Shown here: piece after piece, positions 27,833 to 37,531 of the stretch | How positions within the stretch are numbered: the stretch's first letter is position 1 | Layout: the number at the start of each line of letters is the position of its first letter | Assembly: GCA_022825265.1 (NCBI GenBank) | Contig: JAJDXE010000006.1 | Coordinates: forward strand, 20,923 to 84,922 | Direction of reading: 5' to 3' | DNA from: Dehalococcoidia bacterium | Lineage (GTDB): Bacteria; Chloroflexota; Dehalococcoidia; Bin125 | Length of the DNA stretch: 64,000 nucleotides | The notes under the pieces: generated by a model | What the model was told of the DNA's origin: nothing | What the model saw: only the letters and a program-made list of their open reading frames with translations | The model's database searches: none | Position numbers and translations under genes: made by a program

Positions 27833-28451
27833 TGGGCTGGGCATCGTCGAAACGGTCGCGGAGCCTGCGGAAGAGGCGTCGGACGGCGTCTTCCACGTGG
27901 TCGACGGCGGTGGGATCGGTCAGGTCGCCGACACCGTAGGGCTGGGCCTCGGAGCGGGCGGTTTGGGCGGCGAGATCGATGATCCGGTCGTTGAGCGCGC
28001 GGCCCCGGACGACCGATTCAATCTGGCGGGCGCGAATCGGATGCGGCGCAATCCCGACCAGCATGACCGCGGCGTCTCCGTTCTGGGAGAGTCGCGCGGC
28101 GGCGCTCACTGTGGGATCGGCCTTGGCCGCCGCCATCGCCGTCTGCGCGCCCCTGGGCAGGCGCGGGACGCAGAGCTGTTCGGCCGAGACCGCGCCGTCT
28201 CGACCGTCGACATCGACGCCGCCGTCGGCCAGCAGACGTTCGTCGACTCGCGCGGTATCGCCGTCCGAGAGGGTGAGATACGCGTCCAGCACGATCAACG
28301 CGGCAGCCAGGGCGTTCTGCTGAGGGTCTTCGAGGCAGATGCGGATCGTGGAGACGGAGTCGCCGATCGCGAACCAGTCGTTGAGAGTGTTCTCACCCGT
28401 GCTCTGTAGGTCAAGCACCGTGTGGTGCAGCGGCAGACGACGCTCGCTCAC
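27801..28451 (-). CDS. Shortened CoxM/XdhB-like FAD-subunit homolog, possibly degenerate
   Basis: ALAAALIVLDAYLTL and VGIAPHPIRARQIESVVRGRAL...AAQTA resemble the molybdo-hydroxylase medium subunit; N-terminal AGG motif absent; ATGA-coupled to iscU. Confidence 0.5.
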   Translation of the reverse strand: MSERRLPLHHTVLDLQSTGENTLNDWFAIGDSVSTIRICLEDPQQNALAAALIVLDAYLTLSDGDTARVDERLLADGGVDVDGRDGAVSAEQLCVPRLPRGAQTAMAAAKADPTVSAAARLSQNGDAAVMLVGIAPHPIRARQIESVVRGRALNDRIIDLAAQTARSEAQPYGVGDLTDPTAVDHVEDAVRRLFRRLRDRFDDAQPNDRRHPPRRR

Positions 28452-28852
28452 GCGGAGAGGTCCGAGGAAGCGCGCTCGCGGTAATCCGCCAGCGCCTTCT
28501 TGAGCGCGGCTGCGGCGAGCACCGAGCAGTGAATCTTGGCCTTGGGCAAGCCGCCGACGGCGTCGACGAAATCCTGCCGCTTGAGTTTGGCCGCCTCGTC
28601 AATCTTCATGTCGCTGAGCACAACGGTCGCCATGCTGCTGGTCGCAATCGCGGCCGGGCAGCCTCGAGTCTGGAAACGGGCTTCGGCGATGGCGTCGTTC
28701 TGGATCCGCAGCATCAGCTTCATGTGGTCGCCGCAGACCGGATTGCGGTCCTCACCGACCGCGTTGGCGTCCTCGAGCAGACCGGCGTTGCGAGGATGCT
28801 GGAAGTGATCGATCACGATCTCGCTGTAGGCGCGCAGGTCTTCGGTCGGCAT
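28448..28852 (-). CDS. iscU: IscU/NifU-like Fe-S scaffold
   Basis: YSEIVIDHFQHPRN, NPVCGD, GCPAAIA, KIHCS. Confidence 0.9.
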   Translation of the reverse strand: MPTEDLRAYSEIVIDHFQHPRNAGLLEDANAVGEDRNPVCGDHMKLMLRIQNDAIAEARFQTRGCPAAIATSSMATVVLSDMKIDEAAKLKRQDFVDAVGGLPKAKIHCSVLAAAALKKALADYRERASSDLSA

Positions 28853-28890
28853 GGGTTCAGTCTAGTCACGGCTGGTCAGGCCCAGTCACG

Positions 28891-30057
28891 TCAGGTCTGC
28901 GCGAGGTCGAGCAGCATACGCGTGATCACACGCAGGGAGCGGCTGCGATCGGTCGGGTCGAACCACTCGCGGACGCTGTGCTGGTTGTCTGATCGACCAC
29001 CCCAGCTCATCGCGACTGCGGGAACGCCGGCGGCGATCGCCGCGTTGGCGTCGGTCGAGGCGGCGATCAGCCGCGGTTTCAGCTCTTCGGCCTCCAGGGC
29101 GCGACGACCGGCGAGGACCAGCGGCGAGTCAGCAGGGGTGACGCCGCCGGGGCGTTCGCCGATCCTGTTGACGATCGGGTCCAATGCGCCCCCGCTGCGC
29201 CGGCCCAACTCTCGCTTGTGGCCGCGCTCGATGATCTCCCGCACGTCCTCGTCGAGGCTGTCGAGCTGTCCTGGCGATTCGCTGCGCAGGTCGATGTCCA
29301 TTTGAGCCAGCGCGGGGATCGCGTTGACAGTCTCGCCGCCTTGCACGACGCCAACGTTGTAGGAGGTGCGCGGGCTGCGCGGCACGCGGATGTCCGCCAA
29401 CCGATCGGCGGCCGCGGCCAGCGCGAAGGCGGGGTTGTATCGACCGAAGTGAGCCCAGCTATGTCCGCCGCCGCTGCGGTACTGCACGTTGTAGCGCCGG
29501 GAACCGATGCCGCTGTTGACAATCGCGGCAGGATCGGAGTGATCGATCGTGATGAAGGCGCGCGCGGAGCGCCCGAGATCTGACTCGAAGAAATGGCGCG
29601 CGCCGCGCAGGTCTCCGCGACCTTCCTCGCCGACAGTGGCGACGTAGATCACATGCGAGGCCTGGGGCGTTCGCTGGAGCGTCCGCGCGATCGAGAGCAT
29701 CGCCACCAGACCGGCGGCCGCGTCGGAGATGCCCGGCGCGTGGTACTCGTCAGCCGGCACGGGTTCGCCAGCGCGATAGGGATTGCCTTCGCCGGGTCGC
29801 GCGACGCGGACGGATTGCTCGGGTCCAAACACCGTGTCGAGGTGGGCGCTCAGCACGATCGGATGGCCGGCCCCCAGTGCGTGCTCGGCGATCACGTTGC
29901 CGACCTGGTCCTGATGAACATCGAGACCAAGCGAAACCAATGCCTCGGCGACATACGCCCCTCTGGCGGACTCCTGGCCGGTGGGAGCTGCGATCTCGCA
30001 GATCCTGATCTGCTCTTCCAGAATGGCGTCGGCGTCGGTATCGAAGTGGTCGAACAT
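28891..30057 (-). CDS. M20/M25/M40-family metallohydrolase
   Basis: SAHLDTVF, GISD, VGEEGRG, GGGHSW, STDAN. Confidence 0.85.
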   Translation of the reverse strand: MFDHFDTDADAILEEQIRICEIAAPTGQESARGAYVAEALVSLGLDVHQDQVGNVIAEHALGAGHPIVLSAHLDTVFGPEQSVRVARPGEGNPYRAGEPVPADEYHAPGISDAAAGLVAMLSIARTLQRTPQASHVIYVATVGEEGRGDLRGARHFFESDLGRSARAFITIDHSDPAAIVNSGIGSRRYNVQYRSGGGHSWAHFGRYNPAFALAAAADRLADIRVPRSPRTSYNVGVVQGGETVNAIPALAQMDIDLRSESPGQLDSLDEDVREIIERGHKRELGRRSGGALDPIVNRIGERPGGVTPADSPLVLAGRRALEAEELKPRLIAASTDANAAIAAGVPAVAMSWGGRSDNQHSVREWFDPTDRSRSLRVITRMLLDLAQT

Positions 30058-30488
30058 CAGATGTCCAGGCCGAGCGCCGCGAAGACGTCCTCGTAATGGT
30101 CGAGGTTGTTCGGTTGATAGAACGGGATCGCGAGCTGGATGACGCCCTCGGAATCAACGACGAAGGCGGCGCGTTGAGCGCGTTTGGCGGACTGGTCGAC
30201 CACACCGAACGCCGCGGCTGCCTCGAGCGCCGGATCCGAGAGCAGCGGGAACGGGAAGCGTTGTTCCTCCTTGAACTGCTCCAGCTCCCAGGGCGGGTCG
30301 GAGGATATGGCAACGACCGCCGCTCCGAGCTCGTTGATCATTTCTTCGTCGTCGCGGAAGGCGCACAGCTGCTGGGTGCATAGGGGAGTGTTGGCCTCGG
30401 TGTAGAAGAGGATCAACAGCGGACCATCAGAGAGATGATCGCGCAGATTCAGTTCCGTGTCGGGCAACTGATCGCCGATGTCGATCAT
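30057..30488 (-). CDS. Peroxiredoxin, BCP/AhpE-like
   Basis: LFYTEANTPLCTQQLCAFRD, PFPLLSD, QRAAFVVD; ATG 30488 overlaps upstream stop. Confidence 0.8.
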   Translation of the reverse strand: MIDIGDQLPDTELNLRDHLSDGPLLILFYTEANTPLCTQQLCAFRDDEEMINELGAAVVAISSDPPWELEQFKEEQRFPFPLLSDPALEAAAAFGVVDQSAKRAQRAAFVVDSEGVIQLAIPFYQPNNLDHYEDVFAALGLDI

Positions 30489-31657
30489 GAGGCGGTCCAG
30501 CCCGGCAGCGGAGCGATCGAACCTCGGCTGAAGCCCATCACGGCGATTCTTCCGAGTCCGGCTGGTTCCGTCAGCGTCTCCACGGCTCGACGGGCAGCGA
30601 GGTAACGGCCGGTGTCCACCTGCGCATCGGCGACGGCGGGCAACACAGCCGCGCCGAGGTTGTGCAACCATTCGGCCTGATTGAGCGCCGGCATCGCAGT
30701 GAGGCCCGCTGCTTGCGCAGCCTCGTCGACCTGGTCGAGGTCGATGTGAGCCGTGATGTCCTGCTCGCCCGGGTGAGCGTACGGATCGTCTCCGGGGACG
30801 TGGCCGCGGAACGTCATTAGCGTGCCGTCGCGTCGCCACGAAGCGTAGAGACGGTCTCGCGGATAGCCGTAGTCGAAGAGCAACAGCAGCCCGCCATCCG
30901 CGACGGCATTGGCCAACCTGGTGACGACCGAAGCGCGATCCGGAGCCACCTCGACGATCTGACCATCGGCGGGCGTGATGCCTGCGAGCGGCTCGAGCAG
31001 CGCCTCACGACTCACCGCTGCCGAGGTCTCGTGGAAGCCGAGTGCCGGCGAGTAGTCGGCAAACAGCTCAGTCCAACGGCCGCCGCTGAATGACAGGCGA
31101 TGCACCGGCAGCGCATCGAGAAGTTCGTTTGCGATCACGAGGTGATGGTCGCCGGAGAGTTGGTCGATGCTGAGAATCTGGTCGACCAGACGATCGCTGT
31201 GGACCTGTAACAGGCGTTGCCGCTGCTGTTCAGCGGCCGCGGCGTTCGGCTCGACCAGTCGGTAACGAGTCGCAGCAGCCAACTCTGGAGCCGTCGCGTG
31301 GAGATGTCTGAGGATCGACTCCGCCAGGGCGCCCGTGCCGGGTCCGATCTCTGTGATCTGAAACGGCTGCGGATTGCCTGCCTGTCGCCGGAGTTCGCTC
31401 GCGACGTGTCCTACGGCCGCGCCGAAGAGCGGATGCACCTCGGGACTGGTCAGGAAGTCGCCGTCACGGCCAACCGTCGGTTTGCCCCGACGGTAGTAGC
31501 CGTGCTGCGGGTGGTAGAGGCAGCACTCCATCCAATCGGCGAAGCTGATCGGTCCGTCGCACTGGATGCGGTCGGCCAGGATCTGCGCCAGAGGAGCATC
31601 GAGCGTATGTTGGGCGACGGCCAACGGATTGAACGTGGTTGGGCCGCTCTGGGTCAT
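30485..31657 (-). CDS. MidA/NDUFAF7-family SAM-dependent methyltransferase
   Basis: CLYHPQHGYY, DFLTSPE, EIGPGTG, ANELLDALP, FDYG, QDITAHID. Confidence 0.88.
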   Translation of the reverse strand: MTQSGPTTFNPLAVAQHTLDAPLAQILADRIQCDGPISFADWMECCLYHPQHGYYRRGKPTVGRDGDFLTSPEVHPLFGAAVGHVASELRRQAGNPQPFQITEIGPGTGALAESILRHLHATAPELAAATRYRLVEPNAAAAEQQRQRLLQVHSDRLVDQILSIDQLSGDHHLVIANELLDALPVHRLSFSGGRWTELFADYSPALGFHETSAAVSREALLEPLAGITPADGQIVEVAPDRASVVTRLANAVADGGLLLLFDYGYPRDRLYASWRRDGTLMTFRGHVPGDDPYAHPGEQDITAHIDLDQVDEAAQAAGLTAMPALNQAEWLHNLGAAVLPAVADAQVDTGRYLAARRAVETLTEPAGLGRIAVMGFSRGSIAPLPGWTAS

Positions 31658-31732
31658 GGCCTGAGTATACGAACGACCGCCCCGGTCACTGCCGGGGCGG
31701 TCGTTGGTTGGGTACCCGTTTCGATGCCCGGA

Positions 31733-32254
31733 CTACTCGCCGAGGACTCCCAGCACTGTCACACTGACGCGGCGGTCGCGCGCTTCGTCGAGCTCGACCA
31801 GGAAGATCGATTGGAACTCGCCAATGTGCAGCTCGCCGCTGAGCACGGGAATCGTCTCGGACGTACCCAGCATCATGTGCTGGACGTGCGAGTGGCCGTT
31901 CTCAGGCTCGTTCTCGTGCATGTTGACAGTGCGGATGTCGAAGTCGTTGTGGCGGTAGTAGATACCGGGCGGACCCCATGCGATCAACCGATCGCGCAGG
32001 TCGTCGAGGAGCAGTGGTTCGTGCTCCTGCAGGATGATGGCAGCGGTCGTGTGCTGTGAGAACACGGATACCTGACCAAAACCCACACCGGAGCGGTTAA
32101 CGATCTCTCGCACCTCTTCGGTAATGTCACGGAACCACGGGCCATCCTCCGTTCGGTAACGGAGTTCGTCGTGTACGTGACGGAAGGCGTTGGCAGGCAA
32201 AGCGCTGTTCGTCCCAGCCCCATCCACACTGCGCAGGGCTGTCGCGTTGGCCAT
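31733..32254 (-). CDS. yjbQ: YjbQ/UPF0047 protein
   Basis: SQHTTAAI, YRHND, NGHSH, LGTSETIP, IFLVELD. Confidence 0.85.
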   Translation of the reverse strand: MANATALRSVDGAGTNSALPANAFRHVHDELRYRTEDGPWFRDITEEVREIVNRSGVGFGQVSVFSQHTTAAIILQEHEPLLLDDLRDRLIAWGPPGIYYRHNDFDIRTVNMHENEPENGHSHVQHMMLGTSETIPVLSGELHIGEFQSIFLVELDEARDRRVSVTVLGVLGE

Positions 32255-32410
32255 TCCCCTTAGTTTCTCAGGCTGCGAGATGATGGGATGTGAAGAATGA
32301 GTTCGACGTCGTCGGTTGCAGCATTCCCGGCGACCGCCACAACCGAATATAGCGGATCATCGTCCGGTGTTGTGGGCGTGTCGATCTGACCGGCAAGCGG
32401 GGATGTTGCG

Positions 32411-33283
32411 TCAGCCGCTACCTTCGGCGATCCGAGTGCGGACACGTTCGATGAAGTCGGCTACGCGGTCGGCGTCCGGCGCGTCGGCAGCGTGCGTGTG
32501 GTACTGCTGCAGATCGTCGAGCGCCTCGATGTACTGTCCGGTCTGATAGCAGAGCAGACCACGGTCACGTCGGTCCTCGAGCGACCAGGGCGAAAGCGCG
32601 AGTAGGAAGTCGGTGGCCGTGATCGCGGCGAAGTAGTCCCGTTTACGCACACCGGCTCCCTTGAGGTTGGTCAGGATCCGCTGCAAAATCTGGCGCTTCG
32701 TCACCGAGGCGAGGAAGGACTCGGGATTCGGTCCAGCCCCGCGATTGGTGGCGCGCAGCCGCTCGGTCAGTGCACTACGGTCAATCTCGCGTCCGGCATG
32801 GAACGGATCGAGGAAGTGCTCATCCTGGGACTCGGGATCGACGTACTTGACCAGAAAATGGAACGGTGCGCCGACACCGTGCAGGTCCAGCCCCACACGA
32901 CGGGCAACCTCGATCATCAAGACGGCCAGGGTGATCGGCATCCCGCGACCGCTCTCCAGGGTGGAATGAAGGCAGCAGTTGGCAGGGTCGTAGTAGGTGT
33001 CCGTGTCGCCCCGGAATTGATGCTCGTCAAAGAGCACCTGCCGTAGCCGCTCGACGCGCCCCTCGGTGCTGTGCTCAGCGGCCTGCAACACCTCGGCGGC
33101 CAACGCTTCCAGTTTGGTCACCGCGCCCAGTTGATTGAACTCGGGGTCAACGATTCGGCCGATGAGGAAACAGCAAAGATCAAGGCGGACGGCATGCTCA
33201 TTGCCCCTGGCTAGGTTGCCGAACTGCCACGCCAGGTTGAGATCATGAGGTTTTACGAAACGTTGCGTCACGTCCTTGGACAT
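32411..33283 (-). CDS. SirB1/transglutaminase-like protein with TPR tail
   Basis: FRGDTDTYYDP, GMPITLAV, PFHFLV, RILTNLK, RDRGLL. Confidence 0.82.
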   Translation of the reverse strand: MSKDVTQRFVKPHDLNLAWQFGNLARGNEHAVRLDLCCFLIGRIVDPEFNQLGAVTKLEALAAEVLQAAEHSTEGRVERLRQVLFDEHQFRGDTDTYYDPANCCLHSTLESGRGMPITLAVLMIEVARRVGLDLHGVGAPFHFLVKYVDPESQDEHFLDPFHAGREIDRSALTERLRATNRGAGPNPESFLASVTKRQILQRILTNLKGAGVRKRDYFAAITATDFLLALSPWSLEDRRDRGLLCYQTGQYIEALDDLQQYHTHAADAPDADRVADFIERVRTRIAEGSG

Positions 33284-33359
33284 GAATCGAGGCTAGCAGG
33301 CAGAGCATGTGCTAACGGACGTATGATGAATGTAAGTCGCACGGTTCGGAGCGAGGAGC

Positions 33360-34934
33360 GTGTTGGCTGAAATGCCGGACGAAGACTCTGTTCACGATTC
33401 AGATCCCAGAGCCAGCGCTGCGAACGGTACGTCGGGCAGCGCGAGCAGCCGAAGCAAGAAGGGTGGCCCCAGGGCCAAGAAACAACAGCTAACTCGGGCC
33501 GGGCAACCGATCGACCGTCGCCAGCGGCTGCGGATTCCACCCCACCACGTCACCAAGCAGACCCCGCATGACCGCATCCATAACTGGGACGAGGTCTACT
33601 TCGGCTACACCGCAGGCCCCGCGATGTTCGAGGCCCAGCGCTGTATCCAGTGTCCGGCCGCACCCTGTACGCAGGCCTGTCCCGTCAGCAATGACATTCC
33701 GGGCGCCCTCGCCTTCCTGGAGATCGGCAAGCTGGCTGACGCAGCCGCCGTCTTCCGACAGACATCAGAGATGCCTGAACTGTGCGGCCGGCTCTGTCCT
33801 CAAGAGGCCCTCTGCGAGGGCTCCTGCGTGATCGGCAAGAATGCCAAGCCAGTCGCGATTGGCAAGCTCGAGGCATTCCTTGGCGACTGGGACCGAGAAC
33901 AGCGAGGCGGGTTCCCAATCCCGACCCCGGAGATCGAAACGGGCCAACGGGTCGCGATCGTCGGAGCGGGACCGGCCGGCATGGCCGTCGCCGAACAGAT
34001 GCGGGCAGCCGGACACAGTGTGACGGTATTCGAGGCCTGGCCCTCCGCCGGAGGTGTGTTGCGCTACGGAATTCCCAACTTCAAGACTGCCAAGGACATC
34101 GTCGACGAGAAGGTCGAGGCACTGGCAGCGGCCGGCGTGGAGTTCAGATTCGACACCCGGGTCGGAATCGACATCGGCTGGGACGAGCTGTCCCAATGGG
34201 ACGTCGTCTTCCTCGCTCACGGCGCCAGCCTGGGCAAGCGACTTGGGCTAGACGGTGAGCGCTTGGCCCGCGTCTATAGCGCAACGGAGTTCCTCGTTCG
34301 AGCGAACCTCGGCGACGAACTGTTGCCATCGGCGCTACGCAGCGTGCCGGATGTCGGACGCCGGGTCGTGGTAGTCGGCGGCGGCGATACGTCGATGGAC
34401 TGCGTGCGCTCGGCCGTGCGGCTCGGAGCCAAAGAAGTGACCCTGCTCTATCGCCGCACCGAGAACGAGATGGTCGGTCGCGAGGAAGAGCGACGCCATG
34501 CTCGCGAAGAGGGCGTGACGTTCGAATACCTGACCACACCGGTTGGACTGATCAAGCAAGACGGAGCCGTGGTCGGCGTCGAGTGCGTGCGCATGAGCCT
34601 CGGCGAACGCGACGAGAGCGGCCGTCGTCGCCCGCAGCCAATGCCCGGCTCAGAGTTCGTGATCGACTGTGACGCCTTTGTCGTTGCGGTTGGCTACGAC
34701 GTCGGCCGCGACGTTTACGGCGACTCTGGCATCGACGTCAACGACTGGGGCGAGGTCCTTGTCGACGAACACGGACGCACATCGCGACCGGGTGTCTTCG
34801 CAGGCGGCGACAACGTGACCGGCGCCGACCTGGTCGTCACCGCACTGAACAGCGCCCACGCCGCGATCCCGACAATGCTCACCTATCTCGAAGAGTTGCA
34901 AACCGAGCGAGCCCTGGCGATGGCCGCCGGCTAG
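33360..34934 (+). CDS. Stand-alone GltD/NfnB-like NAD(P)H-dependent Fe-S flavoprotein
   Basis: EAQRCIQCPAAPCTQACP, CGRLCPQEALCEGSC, VGAGPAG, YGIPNFK, VGGGDTSMDC, FAGGD; start may be 33363 or 33372. Confidence 0.85.
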   Translation: MLAEMPDEDSVHDSDPRASAANGTSGSASSRSKKGGPRAKKQQLTRAGQPIDRRQRLRIPPHHVTKQTPHDRIHNWDEVYFGYTAGPAMFEAQRCIQCPAAPCTQACPVSNDIPGALAFLEIGKLADAAAVFRQTSEMPELCGRLCPQEALCEGSCVIGKNAKPVAIGKLEAFLGDWDREQRGGFPIPTPEIETGQRVAIVGAGPAGMAVAEQMRAAGHSVTVFEAWPSAGGVLRYGIPNFKTAKDIVDEKVEALAAAGVEFRFDTRVGIDIGWDELSQWDVVFLAHGASLGKRLGLDGERLARVYSATEFLVRANLGDELLPSALRSVPDVGRRVVVVGGGDTSMDCVRSAVRLGAKEVTLLYRRTENEMVGREEERRHAREEGVTFEYLTTPVGLIKQDGAVVGVECVRMSLGERDESGRRRPQPMPGSEFVIDCDAFVVAVGYDVGRDVYGDSGIDVNDWGEVLVDEHGRTSRPGVFAGGDNVTGADLVVTALNSAHAAIPTMLTYLEELQTERALAMAAG

Positions 34935-34972
34935 GCGAAGCGATCTATTCCGCCTGCGAGCAACCAGGCGCT

Positions 34973-35419
34973 CTACTCAGCAGGGGAGCACCCCGGTGCT
35001 CCGGGAATATCAACCTCGGCAACGATTTCCTCAGCCGCGTTGCGGCAGAGCACGACCTCGGCGTCGCGGTCGTTGCGCGGATTGCTGATCTGGTGGATCG
35101 CGCGCGGCGGGACATAGAGGAAGTCCCCGGTCTCGACCTCGTGTATATGCTCAAGCTGCTCGCCGTAGGACATCACGATCGGCCCCTGCAGGATGTACAT
35201 CGCCGTTTCGCAGTTGACGTGCCAGTGCGGCGTTGAATACATCCCGGGGGGAATCTTCTGCCGAGTCATGAAGACCTCTTCCGAGCCAGACAACTCGCCC
35301 GAGACGCCGAACTGAATAGCCATCCCCGAACGGTGACTCGACCACTCGGCCTGTTGGCCGTTGGTCATGATGATCACGCCGTCGAGCGCTCCGTCGGCTT
35401 CAACCTGTTGATCTGACAT
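34973..35419 (-). CDS. Cupin-domain protein
   Basis: STPHWHVNCETAMYILQG and GDFLYVPPRAIHQISN cupin motifs. Confidence 0.85.
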   Translation of the reverse strand: MSDQQVEADGALDGVIIMTNGQQAEWSSHRSGMAIQFGVSGELSGSEEVFMTRQKIPPGMYSTPHWHVNCETAMYILQGPIVMSYGEQLEHIHEVETGDFLYVPPRAIHQISNPRNDRDAEVVLCRNAAEEIVAEVDIPGAPGCSPAE

Positions 35420-35510
35420 ACATCTCTCCCCACAGCAGGACGCGAGTCAACTCAGTCGAGACAGACGATATCAGTAGGTCAGAAATGTGAAGGCTGAGTT
35501 CGGCGGCGAG

Positions 35511-36878
35511 TCAGCTGGGCGGGCCGATGCTGTGCGCCCAGTCGTCGACCAGCCAGTGGCCGCCGAGCTGGATCAGCTCGAAACGCATCCAGTCGGTCTC
35601 GGAAAACTGGAAGTAGACGCGTCCGCGGGCAGGGTGCAGGACATCGCCGTAAGAGACCGACTGCAAGATCTCGCCGCCAAGATCGATCGACTGGATCTTC
35701 CGAATGTCGCGACCCACATCGCCCGCGTCGTCCCAGCCCCAGATCGTCAGCGCTTCGGGACCGGCGAGGGCGAGGATGGTCGCCGAGTCGCCGTCACGCA
35801 GGGCCTGGAGGAAGGTCAGCGCCGCCCCGGCCAGATCGGAGGCCACGGCCTCGTTCACCGCGCTCGTCGGCAGGCCGTCTTCCACGGTGATCCGATACGC
35901 GCCGATCAACTGGCGTTGTCCGGCCTTGTTCGATGCCGGCCACACCTCGACCCGCCAGAGGCCGGCCGCGTCGGCCGTGAAGTAGATCTCAGAGTCCAGG
36001 CCGTGGCCGCCGTCATCGTCGATCTGGAGCAGGTTGCCGTCGGGCTGGAAGACCTGGGCGAAGACGTCGACTCCGGTGTCACCGTCAACAAGCACGAAGA
36101 CCTGCTGGCCCTCTTCCGCCTGGAACTCGAACACGTCCACGTCGCCGGGAGTATTCAGCCGGCCATCGGTACTGGCGCCGACCGCCATGATCGCGTTGTC
36201 GTCGTCGTTGCCGATCGTCAGCGTCTGCACCTCGATGATGAAGTCGCCCAGGCTGTTCGAATCGAACGGCTGCACTCTAATCAGCTGAAGACCTTCGACC
36301 GGTACCTGTGCGATCAGCAGAGAGTCGCGGTTGGTTGTCGAGAGGTCGTCGTTGACTGCGATCTCGGTGCCGTCCGGCTGCAGCAGCGTGACGATGGGGT
36401 CCATTCCGCCTTTGCCGTCGACGAAGATGCGTAGCCAGGCGCCCGTCGCAGCCTGGAACTTGAACTGCTTCTCCGTCTCGTCCGGACCAATCGAAGAACT
36501 GAACCGTTCCCCGTCGTTCAGCGTGTCTCGATCGGCGTCGCTGGCTGGATCGTCGGTCGGCTCAGCCTGTTCGGTCGTCTGTTCCTCAGCTTCAGCCTGC
36601 TGTGCATCGGACTGTTCCGGTTGAGCCTCTGGCTGGGCGACCTGCTGAGCCTCCTGCTGCGTCGTCTGCTCGCTCTGTGGCTGTTCACTGGCGTCGATCG
36701 GCTGCGACTGCTCTTGCTGGGTCTGGGCGACGGCTTCTTGCTCCGTCTGTTGTTCGGCCTGCTCGGGCGAGTCATCGCTGCAGGCAACCATCCCCACCGC
36801 CAACAATGCCACTACAAGCAACAGGCCGACAACAGCGCGAGGGACACGCTCAGAAATTTGCAACATCGGAGTACTCAT
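35511..36878 (-). CDS. Lipoprotein with Q/E-rich linker and two PPC-like domains
   Basis: MVAC lipobox; Q/E tract; repeated DPIVTLLQPDG..VNDD and DVFAQVFQPDG..IDDD units. Confidence 0.7.
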   Translation of the reverse strand: MSTPMLQISERVPRAVVGLLLVVALLAVGMVACSDDSPEQAEQQTEQEAVAQTQQEQSQPIDASEQPQSEQTTQQEAQQVAQPEAQPEQSDAQQAEAEEQTTEQAEPTDDPASDADRDTLNDGERFSSSIGPDETEKQFKFQAATGAWLRIFVDGKGGMDPIVTLLQPDGTEIAVNDDLSTTNRDSLLIAQVPVEGLQLIRVQPFDSNSLGDFIIEVQTLTIGNDDDNAIMAVGASTDGRLNTPGDVDVFEFQAEEGQQVFVLVDGDTGVDVFAQVFQPDGNLLQIDDDGGHGLDSEIYFTADAAGLWRVEVWPASNKAGQRQLIGAYRITVEDGLPTSAVNEAVASDLAGAALTFLQALRDGDSATILALAGPEALTIWGWDDAGDVGRDIRKIQSIDLGGEILQSVSYGDVLHPARGRVYFQFSETDWMRFELIQLGGHWLVDDWAHSIGPPS

Positions 36879-37009
36879 TCCTGACCGCCTCTCATTCACT
36901 ATAGGAGCAATACATGCAAATCGGCGGAGGCAACGAGTTTGATTGAATGGCCCGATGATGCGTGGATATACTTGCGGAAGCGCCGTCGTGGAACGCAGAG
37001 GAGTCGGCC

Positions 37010-37507
37010 GTGGCCTACGAAATCGTCGAAACGTGTATCGGCTGCACGGCCTGCACGAACCGCTGTCCGACAAACGCCATCTGGGGCGAGCGCAACACGA
37101 TCCACTACATCGACCCCGCGCTCTGCATCGACTGTGGCGCCTGCGGCGCAGTCTGCCCGGTTGAGTGCATCCTCGACGACGACGGCGACATCTGCCGCAA
37201 GTTCGCCAAGAAGGAATGGCCCAAGGCCGTCGTCGACGCCGACAAGTGCATCGGCTCGGGCTGCGAAATCTGCATCAACGTCTGCCCGTTCGAGGCGTTG
37301 GAACTGGACTTCACCGATGAAGCATCCGATTTCTTCGGTCAGGCCGTCGTAATCGAGAAGAACTGCACTGGCTGCCGCCTCTGCGAACAGTCCTGCGGCT
37401 GGGATGCGGTCCACATCTTCCCGCTGCGCGACGAGCTGAAGAAGCTCCACTACCCCGGAGACAAGCCGACCCCGGGCCAGGAAAAGTTCCTCCGCAGCCG
37501 CGCCTAA
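37010..37507 (+). CDS. Polyferredoxin with four [4Fe-4S] motifs
   Basis: CIGCTACTNRCP, CIDCGACGAVCP, CIGSGCEICINVCP, CTGCRLCEQSCG; GTG 37010 behind AGAGGAG; upstream TTGAAT-N18-TATACT. Confidence 0.88.
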   Translation: MAYEIVETCIGCTACTNRCPTNAIWGERNTIHYIDPALCIDCGACGAVCPVECILDDDGDICRKFAKKEWPKAVVDADKCIGSGCEICINVCPFEALELDFTDEASDFFGQAVVIEKNCTGCRLCEQSCGWDAVHIFPLRDELKKLHYPGDKPTPGQEKFLRSRA

Positions 37508-37531
37508 GCGTACGACCGCCAGTGAGTCCTC

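Noticed and set aside
32255-32410. TPP riboswitch upstream of yjbQ (CUGAGA present)
   Set aside because: CUGAGA is only about 11 nt from the start codon, leaving no room for the pyrophosphate-binding helix.
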